A DNA stretch of 64,000 bases, from NCBI GenBank assembly GCA_012295275.1, contig CM022673.1, positions 4,278,001 through 4,342,000 of the forward strand, in the 5' to 3' direction. Origin of the DNA: Chrysomallon squamiferum. Its lineage: Eukaryota > Animalia > Mollusca. The position numbers were made by a program, and so were the translations under genes. The notes below the pieces were generated by a model. It made no database searches and was not told the DNA's origin. It worked only from the letters and a program-made list of their open reading frames with translations. Below, piece after piece: positions 1 through 13,912 of the stretch (the stretch's first letter is position 1; every line of letters begins with the position of its first letter).

Positions 1-398
1 AAACTTGAAAGCCAAAATTTTTAACTTATATAATTTCATGTGTTACATGGATTTAAATATAAATAAATATGGATGAATTAAATAATGAACAGTAACCTGT
101 GTAATATTAATGATTTTTGAAACTTTACACTATATTTTTAAACATTTTATATAGTTCAGTTTTAAAATTTTATACTGTATTTTTATGCATTTCTAGTAAC
201 TGTTATAATATCAAATATTCATTAAAATTCTAACCAAATGAGTTATTTTAAATGTTATATACAAAACATTTTGAGTTTTATATTATATTTAGTTTTTGAA
301 TTCACATACTGTTAGAATATTTATAAATAAATGTTTTGAGATGTTTCAGTCTAGTAATAATAATAATTTTTTATTATTATTATTATTTTACAGGATGA

Positions 399-838
399 AC
401 TGAACAAAAAAAATTACATGATGTGAAAAACACTTTAATCTTGATTATTTCTATTACAATGTACAGATATTCAGTTGATTTTTATTTTTTAATAATAATA
501 ATAAATAGCTTTATAATTCTAAATTTGTTAGCAACTAATATTATCTATCTACAATGTACTTTTTCTATATCTTCATACATATATATATTTTAAATTTATT
601 ATTATTATTCATTTACAGCATGTACTGAACAAGACAAATAAAAATAAAAAATCACATGATGTGAAAAACAGTTTAATCTTGATTATTTCTATTACAATGT
701 GCAGATATTCAGTTGATTTTTATTATTTAATAATAATAGCTTTATAATTCTAAATTTGTTAGCAACTAATATCATCTATCTACAATGTACTTTTTCTATA
801 TCTTCATACATATATATATTTTAAATTTATTATTATTA
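399..838. repeat. Tandem direct duplication, two ~210-bp AT-rich units
   Basis: ~399-607 and ~625-838 share near-identical text (catgatgtgaaaaaca.tttaatcttgattatttctattacaatgt.cagatattcagttg...ctacaatgtactttttctatatcttcatacatatatatatttt). Confidence 0.9.
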
Positions 839-1499
839 ATACTTTTTTGTTTTTTTTATTTTTTTATTTTATATATATATATATAATTTCAATAAATATA
901 AGAAAATGAATAAAAACAAAACTAATAATACTATAATAAATATTATTAATCAAGCCATATAGTCTTTCATCTGTTGAATCTATTAAACTTGGTCGAATAA
1001 TAGTAGTTTTACTGGAACCAAACAAATAATTAAAATTCATCAAAATAAATGTTCTCTTTTAGCTAAAACACTAAGGAATGATCAACAGATACTCTGAATC
1101 CATGAAATGTATCAACAACTTTAAAAAAAATAAACAACCAAAAACAATTTCATCTCATCTTTTACAAACTGTCATTAAAGCCCTTAAGTAAAAAAAATAA
1201 TCTCCAGAAGAAACAAATATTTCTTCCTTGACTACAACATTAAGAATAATAAAAAGAATCTAAAATATTTTATTAAAAATAATAATAAAAAACAACACAT
1301 TTAAAAAAAAAAAAAAAAAAAAGACCAAAAAAAAAAATGTACCTATATTTAAATATCACCAACATAATCAATGGAATGCCATTAGCAAATGTAAACTAAA
1401 GAAACATATAAACAAATAAACAAAAACAAAATGACAAGATGAAAAATCTAATTTAATAATATACACACAAGAACAAAATAATAATGTATGAACTGTCTT

Positions 1500-2250
1500 C
1501 AAGTTTCCTTAGTGAAAAAATAGTAAAATAAATTGTTTCTTTCAAACCAATGTTTATACTAGAAAAGAACAGACCTGGGCCACGACAAACTGATAAAACT
1601 GCTAGAAAAGCCTGGAAGAGATGCAAGATCAAGATCAAAGAATGAATATGGGATTTCTATTCATTTCTTGTAAGAAAGCAAAGATGGCAATAATGATGCA
1701 AAATAAGAAATAATAATTAGAAACCTGTACACTTACTATAAAATGTCCAGACTAGGGAAGACACTCAGTGAAATCCAACTTAAGAGAGCAAGCCTGTTTC
1801 AGGAGTAGATAGGTACTCACTGACATTCCATATCCATGTTGCAAACCAGACTAAAACAGAACAGCCAAGAATACAGTATCCCTCTCTGCATGGCTCTTGT
1901 CTAGTAGAAGAAGGTTTTTGAACAGTATAATCTCAAGCAATACTGACAAAACTCCATGTACAGGGGAGAAAAGAAAGATGCTTACACCACACCTATCACA
2001 CTGCACAAATTACAAGAAATGTGGTGAATGGGTTAGAATAGAAAACAAGATTACTGAAGGACATCAGACGATTATCACTTGGAAATTTCAAGGAAGGAAA
2101 ATAATCAAGAGATGGACGAGTGGGACAATGGAGGATATAACTGAATGAATTGTGGGAAAAAAAGTCCATTTGACAGAGGATATCATCAGGGAGGAAGATG
2201 GAAATACGCTGAGGTTAATCCTAAAAACAGGACACTACAGCTATACAGTG
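1500..2250 (+). mobile_element. Possible highly decayed non-LTR (RTE/L2-like) retrotransposon 3' fragment
   Basis: Purine-rich, higher-GC island. The broken ORF 1897-2148 (RRRFLNSII...ITWKFQGRKIIKRW...EDITE) loosely recalls the region C-terminal to the RT domain in such LINEs. No intact RT motif seen. Confidence 0.35.
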
Positions 2251-2452
2251 ACAATAACAAATATTTATAATTTTATTAATTTTGATTCTCAATCTTAACT
2301 CAAGAATGAAATGCATGAAACTTGTGTAACTGATATTTATCAGGATATATAAGTATTTGGATGAAAATAATGATTTTTTCAATCATTATTTTGTGTAAAA
2401 TATAAACTTTCACTGTAATGAAAAAAATAAATAAAAAATAGGTAACACAAAA

Positions 2453-2483
<31 letters not shown>

Positions 2484-3932
2484 AAATGATACAAGGTAAA
2501 AATAATTTAAAAAAGCAATAAATCTACATAAGATGAATACCCCTGTCTTATTCTGTTCTAAAAATAAAACAAGTAAAACCAAAAGACAAACTTTTAATTT
2601 CTTATTTATACTTTTATTTACAAAGGTCTTCCATGACTATAAATTTCATAATAAACTAAAATTCATGTCAACAAAGCAAACCCCCAAAAATTAAAAGTTT
2701 AAAAAATTTAAATGGTAATGTACAATAATGTACAAAAATAAGAAGTAGGAAAATAAAAAAAACCCTGAAAAATACAAAATTACATAAATGTCATAAGGAA
2801 AAAGATAATACTTAACATTTTTGTACAAGATTTTTTTACTTTTTTTTTTTTTCTTTTTTTACAAAAATAATGAGGAATAATGATTTTAAAGATCTACTTT
2901 ATTTAAAGTTTTATAAATGATGTCATTTTAATAATAATAACAACAATAAAAAAAAACTAACTTCCAATTTTTTTCAAATATCCATATTATAATAACAATA
3001 ACAACAAATAAATAATAATAATAATAACAAAATAATAAAAATGAATAATAGCAACAATCATGATAATGAAACTTAAATTCATTATTTTATTAATACATTT
3101 ATTTTTATAAGTATGTGAGATTTTTATATCTTAAGTATTACCCTGTCTTGTATTTAATAAAAAAAATTTGTGATTACCATTTGAAATAGTATAATATATA
3201 TTTATATCTCTGTGACCACTGTTGATATCATTTTTCATAACTAACTTCCAAATTTACACCATAAAGATGAATCATCAGTAATAGCTTATATCAATTGTTG
3301 ATCTTAATTACTGTAATTCATTTACATAAATTACATATATCATATTTCTTGGAGGCACGGGTAATAACTAATTTTCAAAATTTCTTTCTGTTGTCAACTA
3401 AATTATTTATAATTCAGAAATATCTTTTTCTAATGATTTTAATCTTTTCCACTGGTGACAGTTAAAAATTTTAATAATTTATTTTTAATGTTGATCTAAA
3501 ATATTTTTTCAAAAACAGATGAAAAATTAATTTCTATTATCATCGTATTATTTTTCATAATTAATTTTCACTTACCCTGTTTCATAAATAACTTAGAAAT
3601 AAAAAAACAACAACAGAAATTCATGGACTCCAATCACAATTTAATTTGGTCTTTTTTAACTTCATTTTATCCTTTTTATCAAAACAATCTCATTAATTTT
3701 TCTTAAACATTTTCAAAGATAATTTCAATAATTCTCCTGATGATTTCCCCAAAAATTATTTTCAGTTATTATTGTTTTATATAATTTCTTTTTCATAATT
3801 CCTTTGCAATGATTAATTATGTTATAATTATACATAGCTATAAAAGGTGTGTACATTTACACACATGTAGAATTTGTTTTCCGTATTGTTTTTTTTTTTT
3901 GATTTCTTCTGTTTTTCATCTTTGATTTTTGT

Positions 3933-6900
3933 TCATTCCAGAATGATTGTTTCATCTGAATTACTAAGGACCTGCATTTCTGTAAGAGCCAAATCACAAC
4001 TTTTCAACTTTTCTTTCAACTTGGCAATCTTTCTGGGCCCACTTCTGGTTATTTGCTCCAGAAGACCAAGCTTACTTTCCACATCACTTATGTCTTGCTG
4101 CAGTTCCATTAGCTCTTCCAATTTAGAGTTGGCTTCTTCTTTTTTCAGATCTCTTAGCTGCTCCAGTTGTGTGTATTTCTCTGCTTGTTCTGCATAAAAA
4201 TAAAACACAGCGTGACTAACGTTTAGTAAAAATCATAAAAGAAGACAGTCAGAATGCCTAGTTGTCTACACTTGTAAAATATTCACCATATTTCTCTGCA
4301 TATTCTGCATAAAAATAAAACACAATGTCACTGATATTTAGTAAAAGCCATAAGAGGATATAATAAGTTAAAATGCTTAAAATATTTTACTTAATGATGC
4401 ATAAAGTCTTTTCACCTTATCTGCAGGTATATGGTTCCAAGAACCCCAGCAGATGTTGAATAGTAATTATAAAATTTAAATGAGTAATTTTACCCTACTC
4501 GTGTTTATTATTTTAAACTCTGTGGTTACTTCTCAGAATTGCTAAAAGTAAATATCCATGTTAATTGTTCTGACTACAGCATCCTGGAATATTTTTTACT
4601 GTAAATTTTTAAAAAAGATTTCTAAGCCACAGTTGGTCAAAACTGTAGATGCCAAACATGCAAATAAGGCAGCACTGTATTTGTAATCAACAGTCACATT
4701 AACATCAAACACAAAGTACGAAACCAACAGCTTATAATTTTTTAGTTAGCTGCAAGAGATCTTTTAGATGCTCCTTCTAATGGGCAGAAAATGTACACAT
4801 TTGATAAACTGATTGCTGCAACAGAAAAAATAAACAAATTTGGGCATTGATCCTATAACCCATCATGCCTCATACTATAATTATGGAGATACAGCTGACT
4901 AATCTAGAATTACTTACCCTTTAGTCGTTCAGTAAAGTCTGTCATTTCCTGTAAGATTCTGTTACGGTCTCTGTTGATTGTGCTGATAATGGTTGTTCTT
5001 GTATCATAGCCAGTGTTCTGAAGGTATGCCAGGAAACCCTTACCAACATCTGGAGGTAAAGAAATACAAAAATTAAACAAACTTGCATCATCCATAATAC
5101 AGATATTCTAACTAATTATTTCAATATTATAACCCAAGTCTTTTATAGTAATAATAATAATAATGAATTGGCATCAATAGTTCATTATCCAAACATATTG
5201 AAAAGCAACTTTAATATATATATGTATGTGTATAAGAAAAGGTTCCAGCTGTATGTTTATGTACCTGGTACTCTTGAATCTGGACATATCAAAGTAGTAT
5301 CATCACTAGAGACTGAACTGAAAGTGAAAACAGATATGAAGCTATATTAATAAATCTTAATTTATCACTAGTTAATACCACACAAAAACCTGGACATTAA
5401 ATGGTGTAGATCATTAACCAAACATTCAAATAATTTTAAATCTTAAAAATATTCATACTTTTAGTAGATATATATTTATTCTTCATCATGCTTATAATCT
5501 ATCTGATAACTTTATAAATTATTTTATTTTATTTATTTATTTTATTATGCAATACTTTTACATTATATTATAGGCAAATCTAATACAGTCTGCAAAATAA
5601 TATTTGGTTTATTAATTTGTTTTGAGAAAGAAAAAAATTAAAATAGAAGAAAAATGCAATTGCATTTTTCAGAGCACACACTTCAATTAAATATATATCT
5701 ATATCTATATCATAAGTGTGTATGTCTATGCATATGTATGTATGTATGTATGTTAAGTTTCCTACAATGAAGAATCAAAACTGAATAAGATATTATTGAT
5801 AAACAAAATTAAAATCTGTTAACTATATCAGCAATTGTTGTTACAGAAATGTTTATTTATTTTTTTGAAATATTTTTTTATTATTATTTAAATCTATTTA
5901 TTTCTGATATTATTTAAAATATTCTGTGAGTGAAATTATTTTTAATAATAGTACTTACCTGTCCATCTCTTCAAATTTGCTTGCTGGGGTAGTTTCTTGA
6001 CCACTGGTTGTGACTAAATTTAAACTCTGCACTGACTCCTCACTGGAGTCTGTTGATAAGCTGTATAAAAATTTCAAAAATATATAAATGAAATGAGATG
6101 CATAAAAGTGAAATGAAAGAAAACATCACTCCCAGAATTTAAATTTGCATTAACCTAAAAATAAAATCAAAACATATTGTAAAAAAGGTAATAAAAATGT
6201 TGTTATTTAAATTGTTTTAGTCCATTTTTATTCTCAACTATACAGGAATGTCTTTGCATTCTGCTAAATTAAATACTAACTTAAAGAATACTGAAGTACA
6301 TTTCTCCCTTAAAATGTTTTATAATTCAGTTATGCAAAAAGCACGGTCATAAAGTTTTTTTAAAAAGAAAGACTCAACCGTATAATGATGATGATTAATA
6401 TTATCAAAGAAACTGTTAAATCCTGTAATGGAAATTCCCTAAAAGTATTCATGACACACCAGGGCTCTGACAAATGTTAAAAAGTTGTTAGCCCAGGTGC
6501 CAAATGAGAATAGTGGCCTACAATTGCAACGAAAGCTGGATGTGTGAGAAAACAACTGGGGCACTGCACAGACTAAAACTACTAGTAGTCAGAGAAAACA
6601 GCTGGGGCACTGCACAGACTAAAACTACTAGTAGACAGAGAAAACAGGGACACAAACTGTTGATCATTTATGCATGAAGGGGCTAATAAATTATCAATGA
6701 AAATTTAATAAATATAAACATAGTTGTTTTGAGGAAGGATAAAGTGAAATAGCCATGATTTTATTTTCACCTCTGAAATACAAAGCAACTAATCATTTAG
6801 CTATTGACCATCATACTCTGTGTTTATCCTGAAATAAAATAAATGATGTCATTTTCACTAGGAATCACCAGTTGGTTAAAAATGGAGATTCCGTTAGTGG

Positions 6901-8071
6901 CCAGCTCTAGTTTACAACTGTGTTAAATCACTTACCGTTTCCTCTTTCTCCTTAATCTTGGCAAGATTTTTATTTCATCTCCATTACTAAAAAAAAAAAA
7001 TTTTAAAATAATTTTAAATTAAAAAACTAAAAAAAAAGCTTTTCAATACAGAGGCAAAGTATACAATTAAATATTAAATTATTTTTTGGAGGTTTATTTT
7101 TTCAATAATCTGAGAATAATTTCAAAATTTCATTATAAATTCTATGATAAACCCTGCAAATGCCATCACCAATTGTTAGTGCCAAATTTACAATTTTCTA
7201 TGATGATAATTTTGCATTGTACCACCCAGTATATATTTTTTTAAATTTCCTTTCAGTATTTTTATAATCCAACAGTGGAAATATATTAATGGCAAAATGA
7301 AAAGAATAGATAGTTAAATTATGTTTTATTATTACAGATTCAAATCCTGCAGTGTCTGTATCATAGGGACTTTTAAATATACTACAACTTTAACTGAATA
7401 TCAACTCAAACAAGCTTGACTCATTAGGGTTTGACTGCATTTAAATTCTGTTATTGATGATTTTAAATCAAAGCTTACTTTGTTGATGTTGATGGTCTTT
7501 CAGTTCCTGCCTTAGAAACAGATGGGGATGCTGCCTAGAAGACAATTTTTAAAAGTATTTATTGTGGAAATATTAACATGCAAATTTCATTTTTAACAAA
7601 AGCTGTATAATTAATATGGATAATGTTTCTAAATTAAAAACTAAGCACGATGAGAAAAAAATGTCCTAATATGTTTTAACTAAATTGCTCCTAGGATCAA
7701 AACATTTTCATTTTTAAAAACAACACGTTCCTTTCTTTTAATACTGAGTAGCTTTAAGAAATTTCATCATTACATAAATATAATGTTCGTAATACATATA
7801 TGTACAATGATGAAATTAAAACATCTTTTTTTTATATATATATATATAAAAGTGAAAAATAAAATATCTAACCATCGTGCAGTCTTTAGGTTTTGACAAA
7901 CATTTTGTATCCAGCTTTGATTTTTGTTTCTTGAGTTGTGCATCAAGGAATTTTGAGTTTCTTGACTGTCCACAGTTAATTGCCACTTCAAAAGCATTTA
8001 TTCCCTAAAATTATATTTAATATATATTTCACATTTATTTCAGATACATGGAATTGTTTTCTTATATTCTA

Positions 8072-8131
<60 letters not shown>

Positions 8132-9237
8132 ATATACAGAGAGAAAGAGAGTGAGTTATAGATCTATAATATATATAAATTATATACAGAACAGAATGTA
8201 ACACTCAGCATTAAATAAAAGATAATTTCTAAATCTAACCAGGTTATTTCTCAGAAGCAGGTTGGCACCTCCACTGACACACATTTTTAGAGTGTTAAAA
8301 TTTCTGTCATGCTGAGCTAAAATATGAACTCCCGTGTTGCCATCATTATTCTGTGAATCTAACATTTCTAGCAAGAGACCTGTGAATTATGCATACACAA
8401 ATATAATACATAATTAGAAATAATGATAGTTATAATAAAAAAAAGCACATGTAATAAAAAATAAGATTTAAATGAAGGGTTGAGACATCTGACTGAAAAC
8501 TGTTTTAAAATTGAACTATCAAGAAATAAAATAACATCAACAGTCAAAAAGATATAAATAGATAAAGTAATTTTTTTTTTTTAATTTTCATTCATTAAAT
8601 ATTATATTTTTCCATCAAAAAAAGATGCAGAAAAAAAAAAGAAATGATAAATGTTATATTTTTCCAATATACATGTTGAAAAAAAAAAAAGAGAAAGCAT
8701 AATTTGTTTTTAAAACACATGCAGAAAATAAAAAGAAATGTAGAAATTTACGACATTTTTCAACAATGTCTATTTTTTAAATCAACAATTTTTTTTTTTT
8801 TTTTTTTTTAAAAAGATCACAACAAATGGAAGATTAACAAACAAATCTTTTCTTCGGAATTGTGTGAAATACTCTATCGGTTAAACAAAACGTTAAATAT
8901 TTACCACCCGAAGTGTCCACTACTTTTGCAGTCTCTATGAGTGACGTGATGCAGCTTGCAAAGAACTTGTTAGTTTTCAGAGTGGTGTCTGCGTCCAGCA
9001 GTCTGCAGGCCAGCTGGAACGGGTTGTTTCCGTCGTTGTTTTTCACCGTGAAGCAGTCCGACAAGTAAGGCAGCATTTTGTTTATTGCAATTTCTGGATC
9101 TTTACAGTTTGATTTCTGCAAGCAGACCAACACTCTGTGCAGTCCAGTGTCACCTGACTCTCCGTGCTGAACAGCACTAGAGAACCCTTCTTTAACAAGC
9201 CATTCGACCAGGTATGGTTTGCCTGAAAATTAATAAA

Positions 9238-9273
<36 letters not shown>

Positions 9274-9511
9274 TTTGTCATCATTTCTGTATATTATCAG
9301 TAAAGAAATCTTTTTTATATTAATATAATAAAAATTATTATATATATTTTTTAAAATGTCTTAGTAACAAAAAGATAAATAAATAAAAGAAAAGTAGTAT
9401 CAATAATAGTAGTTCATGACCTGTCATTTAATTATAGTTCAGTAACAGAAAAACCACAAATAGAACACATTTCAAATTCTTTCTAGAAAAATATTTCTTC
9501 AAATGAACAAC

Positions 9512-9549
<38 letters not shown>

Positions 9550-10447
9550 TTTAAGACTTTCTTGTCTCTGGAAAATAAACAAGAATGTTTTGTACTTATA
9601 ACAAAATGACTTACCAAGAGCACATGCCCAATGCATCATGGAAAATCTGTAGGACACATTGTCATCAGGTATCACAGATTCCTTAGTCCACACACCAGTC
9701 TGAAAAACAATGACAATTAAAACCAGTTAACTAAGAAAATTCCATGACAAATGATATCATCATTTGAATCCAAATATATCGATATTTATAGAAAAAACCT
9801 TTTCAATCAATTCAATTTGAATTCATTATGTAACAATTACAGATAATGAATAATAATAATAATAGTAATTTTTGCACTCAATTTTCAGTAAATGCAATTA
9901 AGTGCAAGGAATGAAAATGCTTTTATGATTCATTGAATGATTTAATTTTTCAACAGATCTACATATTTGACTATTTTCAGAGTCAAAGAAAGATCACCAA
10001 ATAAAAGTTTAGGCATGTATTAATCTAAATGATATTCATTCTATTTTATTTATTTATTTATTTATTTTTAATTTATTTTTATTTGTTTTTATTTTTCACT
10101 TTAGATTTGCTGAGGCTTTTCTTATACCAGCTAGGCCAAGGCTTAACTCAAACAATTAAAGTACATTTAACATAAACAGAATACTCTTTGATTTGAAAAA
10201 TAAACTGTTGTAACAGATATTAGCTTTCAGAATCTTTATACAAATATATATAAGTATTAAAATATATATAGCTGAATACATTTTCCCACTTGGTAATCAC
10301 TGACTTCAGACATTTAAATGATTCCTCTCTTTCTTTGTCACCTTCCAGGTTTGAACAGTCAAGTAATGTCATTAATAGCTCATGATGCATGTATGTACAA
10401 TCAGAAGGACAGAAAGATGGACACACTAATGGTGTTTGGGAAGCCAT
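3933..10447 (-). CDS. Uncharacterised ankyrin-repeat protein with basic NLS-like motif and C-terminal coiled coil (multi-exon)
   Basis: GT-AG exons: 10280-10447, 9615-9699, 8905-9222, 8240-8379, ~7873-8004, ~7479-7534, ~6936-6986, 5959-6060, ~5265-5317, 4918-5107, 3933-4189. Ankyrin-like motifs MMHWACALGKPYLVEWLV, SGDTGLHRVL, NNDGNNPFQLA, QNNDGNTGVHILA...GANLLLRNNLGINAFEVA; RRKRKR; heptad-rich last exon. One junction (5265/5107) has a phase conflict. Likely 5' non-coding exon with donor at 11522. Confidence 0.75.
4400..4680. mobile_element. Decayed Tigger/pogo-like MITE remnant in intron
   Basis: Ends resemble CpG-decayed Tigger-type termini (ccttatctgcaggtatatggttccaagaacccc ... tgcaaataaggcagcactgTA). 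Confidence 0.35.
6546..6646. repeat. ~46-bp tandem repeat, 2 copies plus partial
   Basis: gagaaaaca(a/g)ctggggcactgcacagactaaaactactagtag repeated directly. Confidence 0.9.
8075..8128. repeat. (TG)n microsatellite
   Basis: Perfect dinucleotide run. Similar runs near 28813-28864, 42396-42430 and 54402-54482. Confidence 0.95.
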
Positions 10448-11519
10448 CTGAAAAGAAAAAAGGAGAACAAAAAAATTAAAATTAATAAATGTATTTAGTC
10501 TTTAAAAGTTTTTTGTAATCCTGACCATATTTTGGGTTGTTCACATTCATAAATTAAATCATAAATATCCCTTATGCAATATTTCTTTCAGCAGCCAAGA
10601 TAGTAATATATATGTTTTGACAGTTAAGCGTATAAAAACTTTATTTAATGTACAAAAGTATTCAAAGTATTTTGGATAAGAGATTCACAACTTTTTTATG
10701 TATTATTATTTTATTTTATTTTTAGTTTTTATCATTTTTGATATTAATCAGTGTTTGTGATTTTATTTATTTGGTGAAGGAAGCTGAATTGATTTTGTTT
10801 TAAATAACCAGTTGGCAATCATAATGCTGGTGGTAATTATTTTACATGCAGTTACAGTTACTGTTGGATATACTCATACTGATCTACTTGTTTGTGTAAT
10901 TTTCGCATTTTTGTTGCTTATGATCTTGACTTTGAAATGTTTATTGGTTATTAATGAAAATACCTGTCTTATTTCATTCAACAGTGTGTGTATCAGTTAC
11001 TTTTAAATGAATATGTGTTTCAAGTGACCTCGAAACTGATTAGTCACTTTAGAAGTTTAGCGTAAATGAATATTATATCAAATATATTAAATTATGCTTT
11101 TAATGTCTCAGAAATCTCTGACAAGTGCATAGATACTAGTAGTACTAAGTACTAGAATTAACTCAACTGTGTCAACTGTCATAATCGTGACAATGTTATG
11201 TGAATGTGTTGTCTGACTTAATTATTCTGAATCCATAAATTATATGCCAAGTCTGAAGTTTATACATTATTTAAAAACAAAGATAAATCGGGTAATTTGA
11301 TTTGTATGAAATAAACACGATAATGAAATGTGAAATCCCCATTAGGCATTGCACTTACAGTAATGGGGATTTCACATTTCATTATCGTATTTATTTCATA
11401 ATTATTACTGCATCACGATCGATTAAAATTAAATTATCAATAATTATTAATACTAATCTGAAATATCAGATAATTGCTGAAAAGGATAATGTAACATCCT
11501 CTTCAAGAAAAATGTTATG

Positions 11520-13380
11520 TACCTGCTTTTTTGTTTAGTTTGTTTTTACTTCGATTTAAATTAAAGTTTTTTTGCGGAGTTTCGAGAGTCACCGAAATAA
11601 ATGCAGCGAACAATTCCAGCCGCTGTGAAACCAGCGAACGATAACTCCAGTGAATAATTTATCTCACGTCAGTTCTTTCAAACAAATAGTTCGCAGTTTC
11701 AATAAAAGTTTAAATTTCTAAGGTATGAAACATGCTCACTTTTATTATAAAAAAGCATACGTTTTTGAAAACTTTAGCAAAATTAAAATTTCAAATATAT
11801 AATCCAATTTATTTTCGAAATATGGTGTTTGTTATGTATCATTCCGCATCGGACATATTGTTCGCTAGCTCAGTAGCTGCGTTTGAGGAAAATCAAATTT
11901 ATACTATCTGTTTACTATATTCTCAATCACCATTTCTAATCTTTTTATATCCCGATATATCAGATATATTTACTTCATTTTTGATAATGAGTAAATATGC
12001 CGACAGATTAACCAAAAGTTTAGAGGAAACTTTCTTAAGAATAATAATAATAATAATAATATTGAAAATTATTTCATACCCTATTACATACAATAAAAGA
12101 AAGAAAAAAACCCCAAGCCAACCGTTTGTCATGACAGACATTGTTTTACTCATATATTTATGATGCAATATTTTCAATGTAAATATAAAGTTATAACTTC
12201 ACTGATAACTTTACAGAAATAAGTTTATATTCCATTTGTTAAATATAAATTCTGTATTTCAACTATTTAAACTATATATTCATGTGAAATCATGTCAAAA
12301 TAAATGGTTTTAAACACATTTCTATGTTATTTTCTTATCATTTTATAATCAAAGTAGACCATTCTGAATTAATATATTTAGATGTGCATTATGCATGTGC
12401 AAATAGAGAAATTCTGATATACTGGGGTAGGAGTTACCTCACTTGTTCTGTTTGGTTCACAGAATGAAACTTCATTGATGGACCTGATTACAGTTTGGTG
12501 ACATGACATAAATTCTAAATTATTGGGTGCACAATTTTGAGGGGTTTGTATATGAGAGACCTTTACTTTGTTGTGTTACATCAGTAATCAGATCCACTGA
12601 GGAGGTTTGATCATGGAAACCAAGTTCATCAGATGATCTAAACTCCACTCCAGGATATCAAATACCATGTCTGTTGCATACCTTAATACATTACTACATA
12701 TCACTAAATGGAAATCAAATTTTATTACAGAATGGCTCCTTTTTCTCCTATTTATTTATTTATTTATTATTATTATTATTTATTTTTTTGAACTTGTTTT
12801 TATTACAGAACTGGTATTTATTTACTTTTATTACAAATTGTTAATATTATTTAAGAACACAACTGGAGGCCAGACATTAATTGTTGGTATTAATTATCAC
12901 ATTGATATTTGTAATTTAGACAAAATCTTAAGAAGGATGTTGCTTAAATCTGATAGATTGTGTATTTAAATAAATTATTGAATACACTGAATAAGATATT
13001 TTATTATTATTAATATGCTCATTTTTTTCTCTTTTTAAAAAAAAATAATAAACGTGAATAAAAAAAAGTGAGAGTTGATTCGTTAAATAGTATTTGAACT
13101 CGTATACCATATTTAGATACTTCTAGTACTAGAATTAAACTAAAGCAAAGTGAAATGATGACCGTAAATAAAGTTTAGCTAAAAAAACAACCTTAGTTTT
13201 ACAATTTTTTCATTTCTTATTTATTTATTTTCTTATTTTTCTTTTTTTTTTTACTTCTTCTTCTTATTATTATTACTCTTCTTTTCTTTTTTTTGCATTA
13301 CAATGCATGTGACAATAAATAAATATATAAATAAATAAATATATATATATATATATAAATAAATAAATAAATAAAGAGTA

Positions 13381-13429
<49 letters not shown>

Positions 13430-13912
13430 TATTTATTTATTTTTTTATTATTATTATTATTATTTTTTTTTTTTTCGGAGTCGATATGTCTTCTGGTTAT
13501 TACACATTTATGTTGGAATTGAAAAGGAAAAACAATAGCAAATACTTGATCATACAGTTATTGCTAACGACAACGTGTTCCATAAACCAATCGATAACTC
13601 TTTGACGTAACGGTTCTAAAAGTTCGCTGGAAATGTTCGCTAGCTTCACTTTAGCTCGCCTTTCAAAGACTCTAGAATCAGTTTCTTTAATTACAAAATT
13701 ATGTCTCAGTTTATTTCGAAACGCAAATAAAAAATTATTTTGGAGCGTTGTTAAACTTTTAATATAAGTTAATTACATTTTCAATAAAGTCACGAGAATT
13801 TAATGTAATACATATATATATAAAACCAAATATGAAACTGAAAAGTTATTTAAATGTGTTTCGTAATAAATGTTACTCCTGATTTTGTAAACTTTATTCA
13901 CCGGTTGGCAAT
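11520..13912. promoter_or_regulatory. Divergent promoter region between the ankyrin gene and DNAJC25
   Basis: Head-to-head 5' ends; CpG retained near 11.3-12.1 kb and 13.5-14.5 kb versus depleted gene bodies; repeated GTTCGCT(A/G) motif. Confidence 0.6.
12416..12659. mobile_element. Decayed palindromic (foldback/MITE-like) element, ~245 bp
   Basis: Imperfect terminal inverted repeats gatatactggggtaggagtt / aactccactccaggatatc and nested internal arms tggacctgattac / gtaatcagatcca. Confidence 0.5.
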
